From positions 1 to 64,000 of the IMG/VR virus record IMGVR_UViG_3300046787_000345: 64,000 bases of DNA. One strand, 5' to 3'. The stretch's first letter is position 1, and each line of letters opens with the position of its first letter. This document shows, piece by piece, positions 26,481-38,500 of the stretch. The translations under genes were made by a program, and so were the position numbers. The notes beneath the pieces are model-generated. The model worked only from the letters and a program-made list of their open reading frames with translations. It ran no database searches and was not told the origin of the DNA. The DNA comes from a virus.

Positions 26481-27745
26481 TACAATTTCTTAATTTCAGG
26501 TAATTTAAGAGCAATATGTTCAGTTGTCTTTACATATTTACCAAAAATTTTACCCATTTCTTCAGTCATTTTATTTAATGAAAAGTTATTCTTTATATTA
26601 GAACTCAATCCTTTGGATGATTCTAAGTGTTTTGAATAATTTTTAAATACGTCTAATAGTTTTTGTGCTGCATTTGAATAATTGACAGTGAACCATTTTG
26701 ATTCTTTTAATAAAAACTGATTTGATGCAGATGCATGTACGGGTGTAAGTTCACCATCTAATAAAATTGTATTCTCTTTAGGTAAAAAATCAACATGACC
26801 ACTCCAATTACTAACTAAAATAGGTTTACCAGTACAAGCAAATTCTGCAAGTGGTCTACCATATCCTTCACCTTTGGTAAATGAAATCATAGTTTTTACT
26901 TTTGGATGATGATATAATGATGATAATTCTTCAGCTGTCATATCTCCAAATAATAAATATATTGGTGGACACTGATTACCATATTCAGTTGTTAATTCTT
27001 TAATTTTATTTGCTATAGATTCTCTATCCATTACACTAAATCCTGCAGTTGATGTTTTTAAAATCAAACCAGGTTGTTTATCTTTTGGAGTATTTTTGAA
27101 AATAGTACAAAATGTTTTGATTAACATCCCCACATCTTTTCTATCTTGTCCTAAATCACCTGATAACCAGTGTCCTACGAATAAAAAGTTAAATTCACTT
27201 TCAATATTTTCTAATACATCTTTTGATGTTTGGTGAGATTTAGTGAATACATCAATATCAACACCTTCGAAAAGAACTTCAATAGGTTTAACAATTGAAA
27301 TATCTCTAATTTTTTGATTAGTTCTTTTATCTACCTCTGAAAATGTTGTTGATTTTAATACTTCTTTTGTGAAATTGGATGGTACTAAAACTAAATCCAT
27401 TCGATTACACCCATCGATAAAATCTTTCGGTGCGATTGTAGTTTCAACTCCGGCAGTTACACCGATGTTGTACTTACCTAATGTTTGGAATTCATTTGCA
27501 ACTGTTACTTGAACATATACATCTGGTTGTCTATCCAAATGAGTTACAACATTATCCAATATTCGTTGTCCGAATTCAGTTGTGATATCCAATTGGTTTT
27601 GTGGGGTAGTTCCCCAACGTGTTGGTATAATTTTCACATCGTACTTATCCAATTGAAAAATACTATGTAACAAATCTCTAGCGTGGTCGCCATATCCAGA
27701 ACGTGTTGCTACAGGTCCTTGAAATACTAATAATGGTTTACTCAT
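26480..27745 (-). CDS. GT4 (GT-B) glycosyltransferase (probable start MSKPLL at 27745)
   Basis: SGYG N-terminus, RKDVG, GEGYGRPLAE. Confidence 0.8.
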   Translation of the reverse strand: MSKPLLVFQGPVATRSGYGDHARDLLHSIFQLDKYDVKIIPTRWGTTPQNQLDITTEFGQRILDNVVTHLDRQPDVYVQVTVANEFQTLGKYNIGVTAGVETTIAPKDFIDGCNRMDLVLVPSNFTKEVLKSTTFSEVDKRTNQKIRDISIVKPIEVLFEGVDIDVFTKSHQTSKDVLENIESEFNFLFVGHWLSGDLGQDRKDVGMLIKTFCTIFKNTPKDKQPGLILKTSTAGFSVMDRESIANKIKELTTEYGNQCPPIYLLFGDMTAEELSSLYHHPKVKTMISFTKGEGYGRPLAEFACTGKPILVSNWSGHVDFLPKENTILLDGELTPVHASASNQFLLKESKWFTVNYSNAAQKLLDVFKNYSKHLESSKGLSSNIKNNFSLNKMTEEMGKIFGKYVKTTEHIALKLPEIKKL

Positions 27746-28010
27746 TGCGTAATCTTTTTCGTTGTTCTTCTTGCTTGATACATCTTTCGATTGACATCTC
27801 AACCAATTTTGTAATATTTTGTAATGTGGTTGGTTGGTGTGGTGAATTAAACATTTCAAACTTTACGTTTTCAACTTCACTATCACCCAACACAAATATA
27901 TAATAATCATCTGCTAGACCAGGAGTTTTATATATACTCTCTCTAGCTCTTTCTATTCTTTCTTGTTCCCACATACCGGGAAGTCTTATTATGAATATAG
28001 GTTTACTCAT
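27738..28010 (-). CDS. Hypothetical protein (probable start MSKPIF at 28010)
   Basis: Internal ATG abuts dUTPase stop. Confidence 0.5.
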   Translation of the reverse strand: MSKPIFIIRLPGMWEQERIERARESIYKTPGLADDYYIFVLGDSEVENVKFEMFNSPHQPTTLQNITKLVEMSIERCIKQEEQRKRLRNE

Positions 28011-28011
28011 A

Positions 28012-28437
28012 TTATTTACCTGTTGAACCAAATCCACCAGTTCCTCTTTCAGTAGTTGATAACTCATCTACTTCAGTCAATTCTATAATAGGATGTGGAA
28101 TAATCATAATCTGACAAACTCGTTCTCCTACTTTGTAAGATATAGAATCCAATCCATTTGATTTATTAAAAGTTGCTTGCAATTCTCCTCGATAACCCGA
28201 ATCAATTACTCCTACCGAATTACTTAATGTAAGTTCCGTATTTCTGATTGATGAACGAGGGAATACTAATCCAACAAATCCTTCAGGTATTTCCAATGCA
28301 ATACCCAATCCATATGTTATTTGAAAAGTAGTATTTGAAATGATTGATGTTGCCACCAAATCCAATCCTGCATCACTTTCCTTTGCGTACGCTGGGATTA
28401 TTGCGTTAGGATGTACTCTTTTTATTTTTACTTTCAT
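28012..28437 (-). CDS. dut: Trimeric dUTPase
   Basis: AGLDL, PRSS, GVIDSGYRG, ERGTGGFGSTG motifs. Confidence 0.95.
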   Translation of the reverse strand: MKVKIKRVHPNAIIPAYAKESDAGLDLVATSIISNTTFQITYGLGIALEIPEGFVGLVFPRSSIRNTELTLSNSVGVIDSGYRGELQATFNKSNGLDSISYKVGERVCQIMIIPHPIIELTEVDELSTTERGTGGFGSTGK

Positions 28438-28438
28438 T

Positions 28439-29833
28439 TTATGCTATTTTATATAGATTATATCTATCTTTTGGTTTCCAATTTTGTAATGCAGTTTCCA
28501 TACCATCAATCAATGTTTTACACATATATTTGGTATTTAAACCATCTTCTTTAATCATCCAATTTCTACCTACCAATCCTCTTTGTTTACGTTCTTCTTT
28601 CGGAATATCATACCAATATCGAAGAACTTCTGCAACTTCATAGATATCTACTTTGTCATCGATAATATATGGAGTTGGGACTGAACCCACTAATGTTTGA
28701 ACTTTACTAAATACTGGTTTAACCCATTCACCATGTTTAAGTTTATCACCCCACTCTCTAACATCATGCAATGAACCAATCTTTACATAATCTTCAGCAG
28801 TTAATTCTTTACCATCTAATGTAAATCCACACTGGTCTTGCAATCCACCCGTTACGTTTACAATGATTGGAGTTCCGGCCATAACTGATTCTGCAGTTAC
28901 TAAACCAAATCCTTCATTACCTGCAATGTTAATTGTGATATCAGATAAATTGTATAGATAATTTAATTCTTGTTGTGAAATACGTGATTGTGAAAATCTA
29001 ACATCGTAATCTGGACAAATGGTTTCTTTTACTGCGAATAAATCAGTTCCGTTTTGGTCAATTGGTGCTGTATGCATCAATAGTAAAACTTTACTCCTAT
29101 CTTCTTCAGGTAACCCATCAACAAAACGTTTGTATGCCCAAATTACATCAGATGGTTGTTTACGTCTGATATTACGATTCATCCAAAATAAAACGAATTT
29201 GTAATCCTTATCACCTAAAATTGCTTTACGGAATTCTGCAGGTACTTCAGTTGGTTTGTATTTTTGAGGGTCAATACCATGCGGTACATAACTTACTTGC
29301 CAATCTTCTAATGGTTTAAACGTAACCTTATCATCGCGTTGACCTACTCTTTTTACAATACCATAGGTTTGTTTAGAAATACATCCTAACCAATCACATG
29401 ATTCATAATAATCTCTATTATATTGTGGGTCTGGTAAATCATCCCAAATATGGTAAAAGAAAATAGGAACATTTTGTCTAACTTCTGCTTCCATTTCGTA
29501 TAACCATCTCCAATAACGAGGGTCAGTAAAATGTAGAATTGCATCAGGTTGATGTCTCATAATTAATTCACGTAAAATATTTGCATCACCATATCCACTA
29601 TATGGAATGATTTTTACTGATGCATCTTCAATACCTGATATTTTTCTAGCATCTTCACCCAAATCGATTTCTTTACCACTTTCTGGATGTTCTACTGCTG
29701 CACCTAATTGTACCCAATCGTATTTGTCTAACGTACCAAAAATAAGGTCTTTGGATACTGTTGCTATACCAGATGACATTCTAAAATCATCTGATAGTAA
29801 AAGAATTTTCTTTTTCTTTCTTTGTTCTGCCAT
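28439..29833 (-). CDS. GT4 glycosyltransferase
   Basis: SGIAT, RNIRRKQ, EGFGLVTAES, GGLQDQ. Confidence 0.8.
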   Translation of the reverse strand: MAEQRKKKKILLLSDDFRMSSGIATVSKDLIFGTLDKYDWVQLGAAVEHPESGKEIDLGEDARKISGIEDASVKIIPYSGYGDANILRELIMRHQPDAILHFTDPRYWRWLYEMEAEVRQNVPIFFYHIWDDLPDPQYNRDYYESCDWLGCISKQTYGIVKRVGQRDDKVTFKPLEDWQVSYVPHGIDPQKYKPTEVPAEFRKAILGDKDYKFVLFWMNRNIRRKQPSDVIWAYKRFVDGLPEEDRSKVLLLMHTAPIDQNGTDLFAVKETICPDYDVRFSQSRISQQELNYLYNLSDITINIAGNEGFGLVTAESVMAGTPIIVNVTGGLQDQCGFTLDGKELTAEDYVKIGSLHDVREWGDKLKHGEWVKPVFSKVQTLVGSVPTPYIIDDKVDIYEVAEVLRYWYDIPKEERKQRGLVGRNWMIKEDGLNTKYMCKTLIDGMETALQNWKPKDRYNLYKIA

Positions 29834-29843
29834 TTAAATAAAA

Positions 29844-30038
29844 TTAAAATTGTGAACCACTAGTGTGTAGTTCGGAATATTCGTTGATTTCAGTTCTAAA
29901 AGTTTCGTCCTCTATGTATTTGTTGATTGAACGATTTACTAACTTTTGTAGTGTGATATTAGAATCAAACGAAAGTTGTTTGAATTTTGAGTAAACATCT
30001 TTTACGATTTTTACTGTTGTTAATTTTGTGTTTGTCAT
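29844..30038 (-). CDS. Small ribbon-helix-helix-like DNA-binding protein
   Basis: LTTVKI strand followed by two helices. Confidence 0.5.
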   Translation of the reverse strand: MTNTKLTTVKIVKDVYSKFKQLSFDSNITLQKLVNRSINKYIEDETFRTEINEYSELHTSGSQF

Positions 30039-30096
30039 AACTCTCTCCTTTTTATGTTATGTATAAATATATACAAATATATAAAAAAGAAAAAAA

Positions 30097-30954
30097 TTAC
30101 TGCCAAATAGGACATATTTTTCGAGTCTTAAACTCACACCAATCACATGATTTACCTTTATTGGTAGGAAATTCAACATCTTTTACCTTACCCTCTTCAT
30201 CGTAAACCGCATCTACGAATTCAGTAAATCCTTTCCATGCTGCGTTTACCGATGGTTTACCATTGGGTGGTACAAATTTTGAAATACGTGGGATTGCATA
30301 TTCAGTATTTTCACTAATCTTACGTTTTAAGATTTGATATTCTACTTTGATTTTATCCAAAGGTACATTGTACTTTTCAGAATAGAATTTCTTATACAAT
30401 AACATTTGTGATGTTTTAACCTTATCTGTTTTTTGGTAACTACTCCAACCACGTGTTGAAGTTTTAAGGTCAATAATAATGATATCACCAGATGAAACAT
30501 CCTTTAATACGATATCGATAAATCCAACAAAATTAACGCCAGGTCTGACCTCTGCATTCAAAGGTAATTCGATTGATACTAATTCAAATCCACTTTTAGT
30601 ATAAAGTTTATCTAATTTGGATTTAAAATATTGTAAAATTAATCTACCATCTCCAAAGAATTCTTCCAATTCTTCTTTTTCACATGGTGCACCTTCTGTC
30701 ATCTTAGCCTTTTCAGCAGTAAAATGTTCCACCAACTTATCTTTTAACATAAGTTCGAGGTCTAACTCTAATGCTTGTTTTTTAGTTACACCATACATCA
30801 CACTTAAAAAGTGTTGGATTGTTTCGTGCATTGCAGAACCAAAAATTGTATGTATATTTGCTGAAGATTCTCCTAACTTATCAATATAACTTAGTTTGAA
30901 TTGTTGTGGACAACTAGTCCACATTCCGTATTGACTATAACTTACTCTTGCCAT
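30097..30954 (-). CDS. PD-(D/E)XK Cas4/RecB-like exonuclease
   Basis: SYSQ..CP, GSAMH, GFIDIV, IIDLKTS, Q..LY, CDWCEF...C. Confidence 0.85.
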   Translation of the reverse strand: MARVSYSQYGMWTSCPQQFKLSYIDKLGESSANIHTIFGSAMHETIQHFLSVMYGVTKKQALELDLELMLKDKLVEHFTAEKAKMTEGAPCEKEELEEFFGDGRLILQYFKSKLDKLYTKSGFELVSIELPLNAEVRPGVNFVGFIDIVLKDVSSGDIIIIDLKTSTRGWSSYQKTDKVKTSQMLLYKKFYSEKYNVPLDKIKVEYQILKRKISENTEYAIPRISKFVPPNGKPSVNAAWKGFTEFVDAVYDEEGKVKDVEFPTNKGKSCDWCEFKTRKICPIWQ

Positions 30955-30973
30955 TATCTATCTTTTTATATAA

Positions 30974-31005
30974 CAAATATACGAAAAATATATGAAAAAA
31001 CCAAA
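30974..31005 (-). promoter_or_regulatory. Bacteroidota sigma-A-type promoter
   Basis: TTTG-N20-TATATTTG. Confidence 0.75.
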
Positions 31006-31455
31006 TTAAATTTTAAGTTTTAATTTGGTTATTTCTTTTGTTTCGATTCCGTATTTTTCACAAATGTATTTTATATGTTCTCTACCTTCTTTTGTAGCAT
31101 ATAAAATTTCTAAATATTCTTCTGCCTGTTTTGTGGAACATTGGTAATCCTTTACTACCAATTCCACTAACCATTTTTCGTATGAATCTTCCTTTTTACC
31201 TTTAACGTAACGTAGGTAATATTTTCCTTTGGGAATAATACCGATTAATGCAAGGTAAAGTTGTTTAGGTTCTAATATTTCAGTATATGGTTGCAATTCT
31301 GATATAAATTGTATCCAATCAGGATTCATAGATAAAAATCTATGTACCATATAATTAGACCAGGTCTTTTTATCGGCATCATCTAACTTATCCCAATACT
31401 TTGGGTCTTGGTCAGTTGTAATTGCTTTAATATGTTCGAAAAGCGATTTAGCCAT
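31006..31455 (-). CDS. Clamp-loader accessory subunit (T4 gp62-like)
   Basis: LFEHIKAI, YMVHRFLS, KYYLRYVK, STKQAEEYL pattern; near RFC-like subunit. Confidence 0.65.
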   Translation of the reverse strand: MAKSLFEHIKAITTDQDPKYWDKLDDADKKTWSNYMVHRFLSMNPDWIQFISELQPYTEILEPKQLYLALIGIIPKGKYYLRYVKGKKEDSYEKWLVELVVKDYQCSTKQAEEYLEILYATKEGREHIKYICEKYGIETKEITKLKLKI

Positions 31456-31723
31456 TTTGTTCTTTACTTAATTTATCTTTGTGTTCTAATGCTTGTAATT
31501 CTAATGCAGACATCTCATGATTTACCTCTCCACATTCACCACAAACTAACACTTCAAATGGAATAACCATATCTTGTTCACCACCGAATGCTAGTTTAGA
31601 TAGTTTTCTAAACTTTGTACCACTAATGAATACATCGTATCCACAATGAGGACATAACATTGGAACTGAATTGGATATATCTACTTTTTGTTTTGGTGGT
31701 TGTTGACCTAATATATTTGCCAT
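31448..31723 (-). CDS. Zn-ribbon protein
   Basis: CPHC...CGEC. Confidence 0.6.
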   Translation of the reverse strand: MANILGQQPPKQKVDISNSVPMLCPHCGYDVFISGTKFRKLSKLAFGGEQDMVIPFEVLVCGECGEVNHEMSALELQALEHKDKLSKEQNG

Positions 31724-31727
31724 AATT

Positions 31728-32033
31728 TTATTTTATAATCATTTCTAAATCCATCTCTCTACATAGATAGTATTCTTTATCACCTAAGTTAATCTTACGC
31801 AAACTCATTCCACCTGCAGGTAACATTACTTTATCACCAACTTCCACTTCCATTGGGATTCTAGTACCATTTTGGGTATAAATACCATTTCCAACTGAAA
31901 CTACTACTCCAATTTGGTTTTCAGTATCTTTGACACTATCGGGTATGATAATACCACCCACGGTCTTTTCTTTTGTTTCTACTTCGATTAGGACTCTATC
32001 TCCTAATGGTTTTGCTAATTGTTCGTTTGACAT
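31728..32033 (-). CDS. groES: Co-chaperonin GroES
   Basis: KPLGDRVLI, GGIIIPD, VSVGNG, VGDKV. Confidence 0.92.
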   Translation of the reverse strand: MSNEQLAKPLGDRVLIEVETKEKTVGGIIIPDSVKDTENQIGVVVSVGNGIYTQNGTRIPMEVEVGDKVMLPAGGMSLRKINLGDKEYYLCREMDLEMIIK

Positions 32034-32046
32034 ATGTTTATTTTAA

Positions 32047-32256
32047 TTAATCGAACCATTGGGTTCTATTTGTTTTTACATTTTTTACACCACTTTTTTT
32101 AAGGATTTCGTGTCCTTTCTTTTTCCATTGACTTACAACCTTTTTATCCTTACGTTTATATAAAGATAATTGGTCTAAATAAGAGATGAAATCTTCCTCT
32201 GATAATTTAGTTAAATCATCATCGGTTAGTGGATTGTTAGGGTCGAATGTTATCAT
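32047..32256 (-). CDS. Small hypothetical protein
   Basis: 69 aa ORF directly after a promoter. Confidence 0.55.
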   Translation of the reverse strand: MITFDPNNPLTDDDLTKLSEEDFISYLDQLSLYKRKDKKVVSQWKKKGHEILKKSGVKNVKTNRTQWFD

Positions 32257-32273
32257 ATCTTTTTATTTATACT

Positions 32274-32305
32274 CAAATATACGAATAATATTCCATATTA
32301 CCAAA
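32274..32305 (-). promoter_or_regulatory. Bacteroidota sigma-A-type promoter
   Basis: TTTG-N20-TATATTTG. Confidence 0.75.
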
Positions 32306-32313
32306 TTTATTTA

Positions 32314-32856
32314 CTATATATTCAATAATTTTAATATATCTTCAACTGTCTTATCCCCCACATCCACAATATCATACGAAATGTTGTATTTTATTAGTGA
32401 ATTTTCAATCTCAGCATCCAATATCTTAGATTCTTCTAATGATTGATATCGTTCCTTCTCATTATACCCACCTTCCGTTCGATTTAACACTATATTTAGG
32501 GAATCATACTGATTATGGATATCTAATACCATTCTATCAAAAGACTCTCCATATAAGGTTGCTGGGTACTCTAATCCTTTATATACTGAACGATATACTA
32601 AGGATAGTAGGATTGGTGAATCTAATATTATATAATCTACCTTACCAAAACTTTTAACAATCCCTCTATGTTGATTTGCTAACACATATAATTGGTCTTT
32701 AATAGCCGAGTGGTTTTCATCCCATGCAAGTTGTTTTGGAAACTCATATGGATTGTCACACGTTATATGTTTCTTTTTAAGTTTATAGGTAAGACCGGAG
32801 GCAATTGAGGATTTACCTATACCCGGTCCACCAAATAGATTTATTATTTTACTCAT
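32314..32856 (-). CDS. NadR/AAA_28-like P-loop kinase (probable start MSKIIN at 32856)
   Basis: GGPGIGKS Walker A, EFPK, DSPIL. Confidence 0.7.
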   Translation of the reverse strand: MSKIINLFGGPGIGKSSIASGLTYKLKKKHITCDNPYEFPKQLAWDENHSAIKDQLYVLANQHRGIVKSFGKVDYIILDSPILLSLVYRSVYKGLEYPATLYGESFDRMVLDIHNQYDSLNIVLNRTEGGYNEKERYQSLEESKILDAEIENSLIKYNISYDIVDVGDKTVEDILKLLNI

Positions 32857-33803
32857 TATAGGATTCCGTTGATACCAATTAAAGTTGCCATAAAACAAAT
32901 TTCTTTATCTACCACCAAAGCATCTCTATGTTGCCCTTGTGATAATTCTAAGATAACTGCGGATGTATTACCTGCTGCATATTCATCTACTTTTTCATAA
33001 AGATATGTGTATAATTCCGTAAAATCTTGTACACGAGAATCTGCAACAGCTTGTCTTAAATTTACATAACGATTTCGTTTATCGTCTTTTGATTTAAGAA
33101 TATCTACAATCTTAACTTTAACATCAGAATCTAATATAGAACCAGTATCAACTTTTAATACACCCTTAGATGAATTTAATTGACAAGTATTGATAATTTT
33201 ACGAATATCAGGATACGATGCATCTACAATAGGAACTATTTCTTTTGGTTCAAATTGTACTTTTTCAGCATTCAATATTTTACTGATTTGAATTGCAACA
33301 TCTCGTTTTGTAGGTGGTACTATTTGAAATGTTTGACAACGTGATTGAATTGGGTCAATTACTTTCTCAACATAATTACAAGTCAAAATAAAACGACAAT
33401 GTTTTGAAAAAGTTTCCATTAAGTTACGCAAGATTGCCTGTGCATTTGGAGTCATATAATCAAACTCATCCAAAATGATAATCTTAGTATCTTTAAATCC
33501 AATAGTAGAAGCAAAAGATTTCACCTTATTACGGACAGTATCTACGTTATTTTCATCAGATGCATTGATAATCATAAAATCACAATTAATTGAATTTACA
33601 ATCAACTTTGCTAATGTAGTTTTACCAGTACCTGCTTTACCGAATAGTAATAGATGGGGTACATCTCCGGTACTGATATAATCACCAATCTTTTGTTTTA
33701 AATGGTCATTACCAACATAATCTTCCAATTTTTTTGGTCGATACTTTTCAACCCATAATGTATTATTGGTTTCTTCTCGTGTTACTTCTTCAAAAAACGC
33801 CAT
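32856..33803 (-). CDS. Clamp-loader AAA+ subunit (RFC small / T4 gp44-like)
   Basis: WVEKYRP, GKAGTGKTT, NASD, DEFD, SRC. Confidence 0.92.
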   Translation of the reverse strand: MAFFEEVTREETNNTLWVEKYRPKKLEDYVGNDHLKQKIGDYISTGDVPHLLLFGKAGTGKTTLAKLIVNSINCDFMIINASDENNVDTVRNKVKSFASTIGFKDTKIIILDEFDYMTPNAQAILRNLMETFSKHCRFILTCNYVEKVIDPIQSRCQTFQIVPPTKRDVAIQISKILNAEKVQFEPKEIVPIVDASYPDIRKIINTCQLNSSKGVLKVDTGSILDSDVKVKIVDILKSKDDKRNRYVNLRQAVADSRVQDFTELYTYLYEKVDEYAAGNTSAVILELSQGQHRDALVVDKEICFMATLIGINGIL

Positions 33804-33828
33804 ATTATATATTTTAAACTTTTATAAA

Positions 33829-35451
<1,623 letters not shown>

Positions 35452-35474
35452 TTATTTTTTTAATTATTATTTTA

Positions 35475-35506
35475 CAAAGATACAAAATATTTTTGAAATT
35501 ACCAAA
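35475..35506 (-). promoter_or_regulatory. Bacteroidota sigma-A-type promoter for groEL
   Basis: TTTG-N20-TATCTTTG. Confidence 0.75.
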
Positions 35507-35507
35507 C

Positions 35508-35533
35508 AAAAATGGGAGAATTTTTCTCCCATT
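35508..35533 (-). terminator. Intrinsic terminator after TonB receptor
   Basis: AATGGGAGAA-AAA-TTCTCCCATT perfect hairpin with T-run. Confidence 0.7.
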
Positions 35534-35554
35534 AATGTTTAGTTTAAAATGATA

Positions 35555-38500
35555 TTATCTACCAAATGTATATCTAATACCTAATTGTGCACTCCATACA
35601 TCAAATACTGATGAGTTGTACTGATAGGTATCTCTAGCTAAGATAGTAGAACCATCAGTTAATCTTTGAGTTGCTAATCTATATGATGGAACATTGTTTG
35701 CATCTCTACTTACAAAGTTCAACAATTGAGGAGCAGTTGCTCTTTGAGAAACACCGAATTGGTTATCAACTAAGTTACCAAAGTTTAAGATATCTGCTCT
35801 GATTTGGAATGAATTTCTCTTTCCACCAATCTTAACAAAGATATCTTGTGCTACTGATAAATCAAATCTATGTAAGTAAGGTAACAAACCACCATTTCTT
35901 TCAGCGTATTGACCTCTACGAGTTTTTAAGTAATCATCTTGGTCAATGAACTTATCAAATGCTGCTTGTTGTTCAGCTTCGGTATAAGTTCTTCCACCTG
36001 CAGTTAATGGTACGAATCTAATATCTGAACCTTTATTTGGAACGAAGATTAAATCGTTATTGTTTACTCTATCACCATTTAAATCACCTGCTGCAATATA
36101 AGAGAATGGATTACCTTGTTGTCCTACATATCCTAATGTAAATGTAGTTGCTCCACCATAGTTTCCGCCATATTCAATTCTATAACCTAATAAACCTACG
36201 AATCTATTCTTAACAAACGCATCTGCAAATGATAATCCTAAATCGTTATTACCATTAACTGATAATGCTGATTGCCAACTACCACTAGCGATTGAACCTG
36301 CACTCATATAATCTTTTGAGTTAGCAGTTGTCCAAGCGATTGAACCCCAAAATCCTTTTTGAACTGGTTTTTCTAATTTTAATGTCAATGATTCGTGGAA
36401 TGCACCATCTCTATTCGTAAGAACTGCTGCTCTACTTACATTGTTATTTACTCTTACAGTTGCATCACTTCCACCGAAACGAGGTCTATTATCTACACCA
36501 CCCAAAGTTCCAACAGGATTTCTTAGGTTAGCTTCGTAGTAATGAACTGCGTTAAGTGTTTGATTGTAAAGATATTCAGCACTTGCTATCAATCCGAAGA
36601 ATGGTAACTTTTGGTCTACTGCCAAATTAGTTTTCCATACCTGTGGGAATTTATAGTTAGGGTCTGTCAATGCTAAATCAAATGTAGATGGTAAAGTTGG
36701 AGTTGATGGGATAAAGTATTTGTTAGGGTCAGCAGTAAATCCATATTGTGCTGCTGCTGCACCACTTACATCAATAAATCCTGTCAACACCCCATTGTTA
36801 CCAATTTGGTTAGATAAGAATACATAAGGAGGTCTACCCGTGAATACACCAGTACCACCTCTAAATTGTGTTTTGCTTTCACCTTTTAAATTATAGTTGA
36901 AACCAACACGTGGTTCAAATAAAACTTGTGTTTTTGGCATTAAACCAGTATTCCATTTTTCTCCATTTGCAAATGTCATTGCAGATACTGCTTTGTTTTC
37001 TAACGCAGTATTATCAAATCCAATAATGTTTGCTCTAACACCAAACGTTAATTTCAAATCTTCAGTTGCATCATACTCATCTTGTAAGTATAAATCTAAT
37101 CTATTTGACCTTAAAGTTTGTAATGGTTCAATTGCTCCTGGTAATGCCGAATAACGGAATTGGAAACGAGCAGGTGCGAATGTAGACGGTCTACCACCAT
37201 TTGCTAATGATTGATTAGCTGCAGTATAAAAATCATTCAAACTATTGAAGATATAAACACCATTTGATGCAGGGAAGAATAAGTTATTAGATTCATAACT
37301 TTGAAAATTGAAACCACCTACTAATGTATGTTTGTTCAAATATTTTGTTAAGTTATTTGTTACGTTAAATGTAGAATAATCTAACTTATTTCCCGGAGTG
37401 AATGGGTCAAATCCTACTGATGTTAATGTAGTAGAACCTTGTAAGATATCAATCGTTGGAAACATTTGAGACATATAACCTCTATTTTCAATTTGTTTAT
37501 CATAAGAAACGATTAAGTTATTATGTAATGTATTTGAAAACTTTGAGTTTAATTCCAATACTGCTGAACGAGTATTATCCTGAATAGTATAGCCACTATT
37601 TTGGAAACTCATTGCATTGATGTTTTGTGTTCTATTACCGAAACCTGCAGATTGTGAATTTGATATACCGATTTGTGCCTCAGAATCATGATAAACGTAA
37701 CGTGCAGTTAATTTATTGTTTGCATTGATATTCCAGTCAACACGAACTAAAAATTTGTTAGATGTGTTTGTGTTAGAATATCCTTCAAATGGACCGGTTT
37801 CGTAGTTGAACTTATCTTTCATAAATTTAGAAAGGTCAGTCAATTGTTGGAAAGTTGGTCTACTCACTTGTGAACCCGTTAAAGGAGAACCTGATGAAAT
37901 CCAAGTTGTACCTGGTTCAGTTCTTTCGATGCCTTCGTAGTTACCAAAAATGAATAATTTGTTCTTAATGATTGGTGCACCTAAACGGAAACCTTGCACT
38001 CTTTCATCAAATTTAGATGGAGTAATAGTTGTTCCTCTTGCGTTATTACCAATGTAAGTAGAACTATTATTTCGTTGTGTTGTATATACCGAACCTTCAA
38101 CTTCGTTTGTACCACTTCTCGTTACTGCGTTGATACCTGCTCCGGTGAAACCAGATTGACGAATATCAAAAGGTGCAATATTAACTTGTAATTGGTCAAT
38201 CGCATCTAATGAAATAGCACTTGCTCCAGTTCTACCACCCGCTTGTGCAGATGAACCTAAACCGAAGTTGTTATTAAATTGAGAACCATCGATTGTGAAG
38301 TTATTCAAACGAGAATCTTGTGCTCCAAATGAGTTACCATTACCGAATGGATTGTATTTTGTAATACCATCGATAGTTCTAGCACCCACAATTGGGATAG
38401 TTTGTAATTCTCTACGAGAAAATTGTTGAGATGCACCGGTTCTTTCTCTTGAAATAATATTATTTCTTCCGGCTGTTACAACTACCTCTGATAATGTAGT

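Noticed and set aside
30097-30954. Cas4-like gene as evidence of a CRISPR-Cas system
   Set aside because: No array or other cas genes seen; stand-alone Cas4-like nucleases are common in phages
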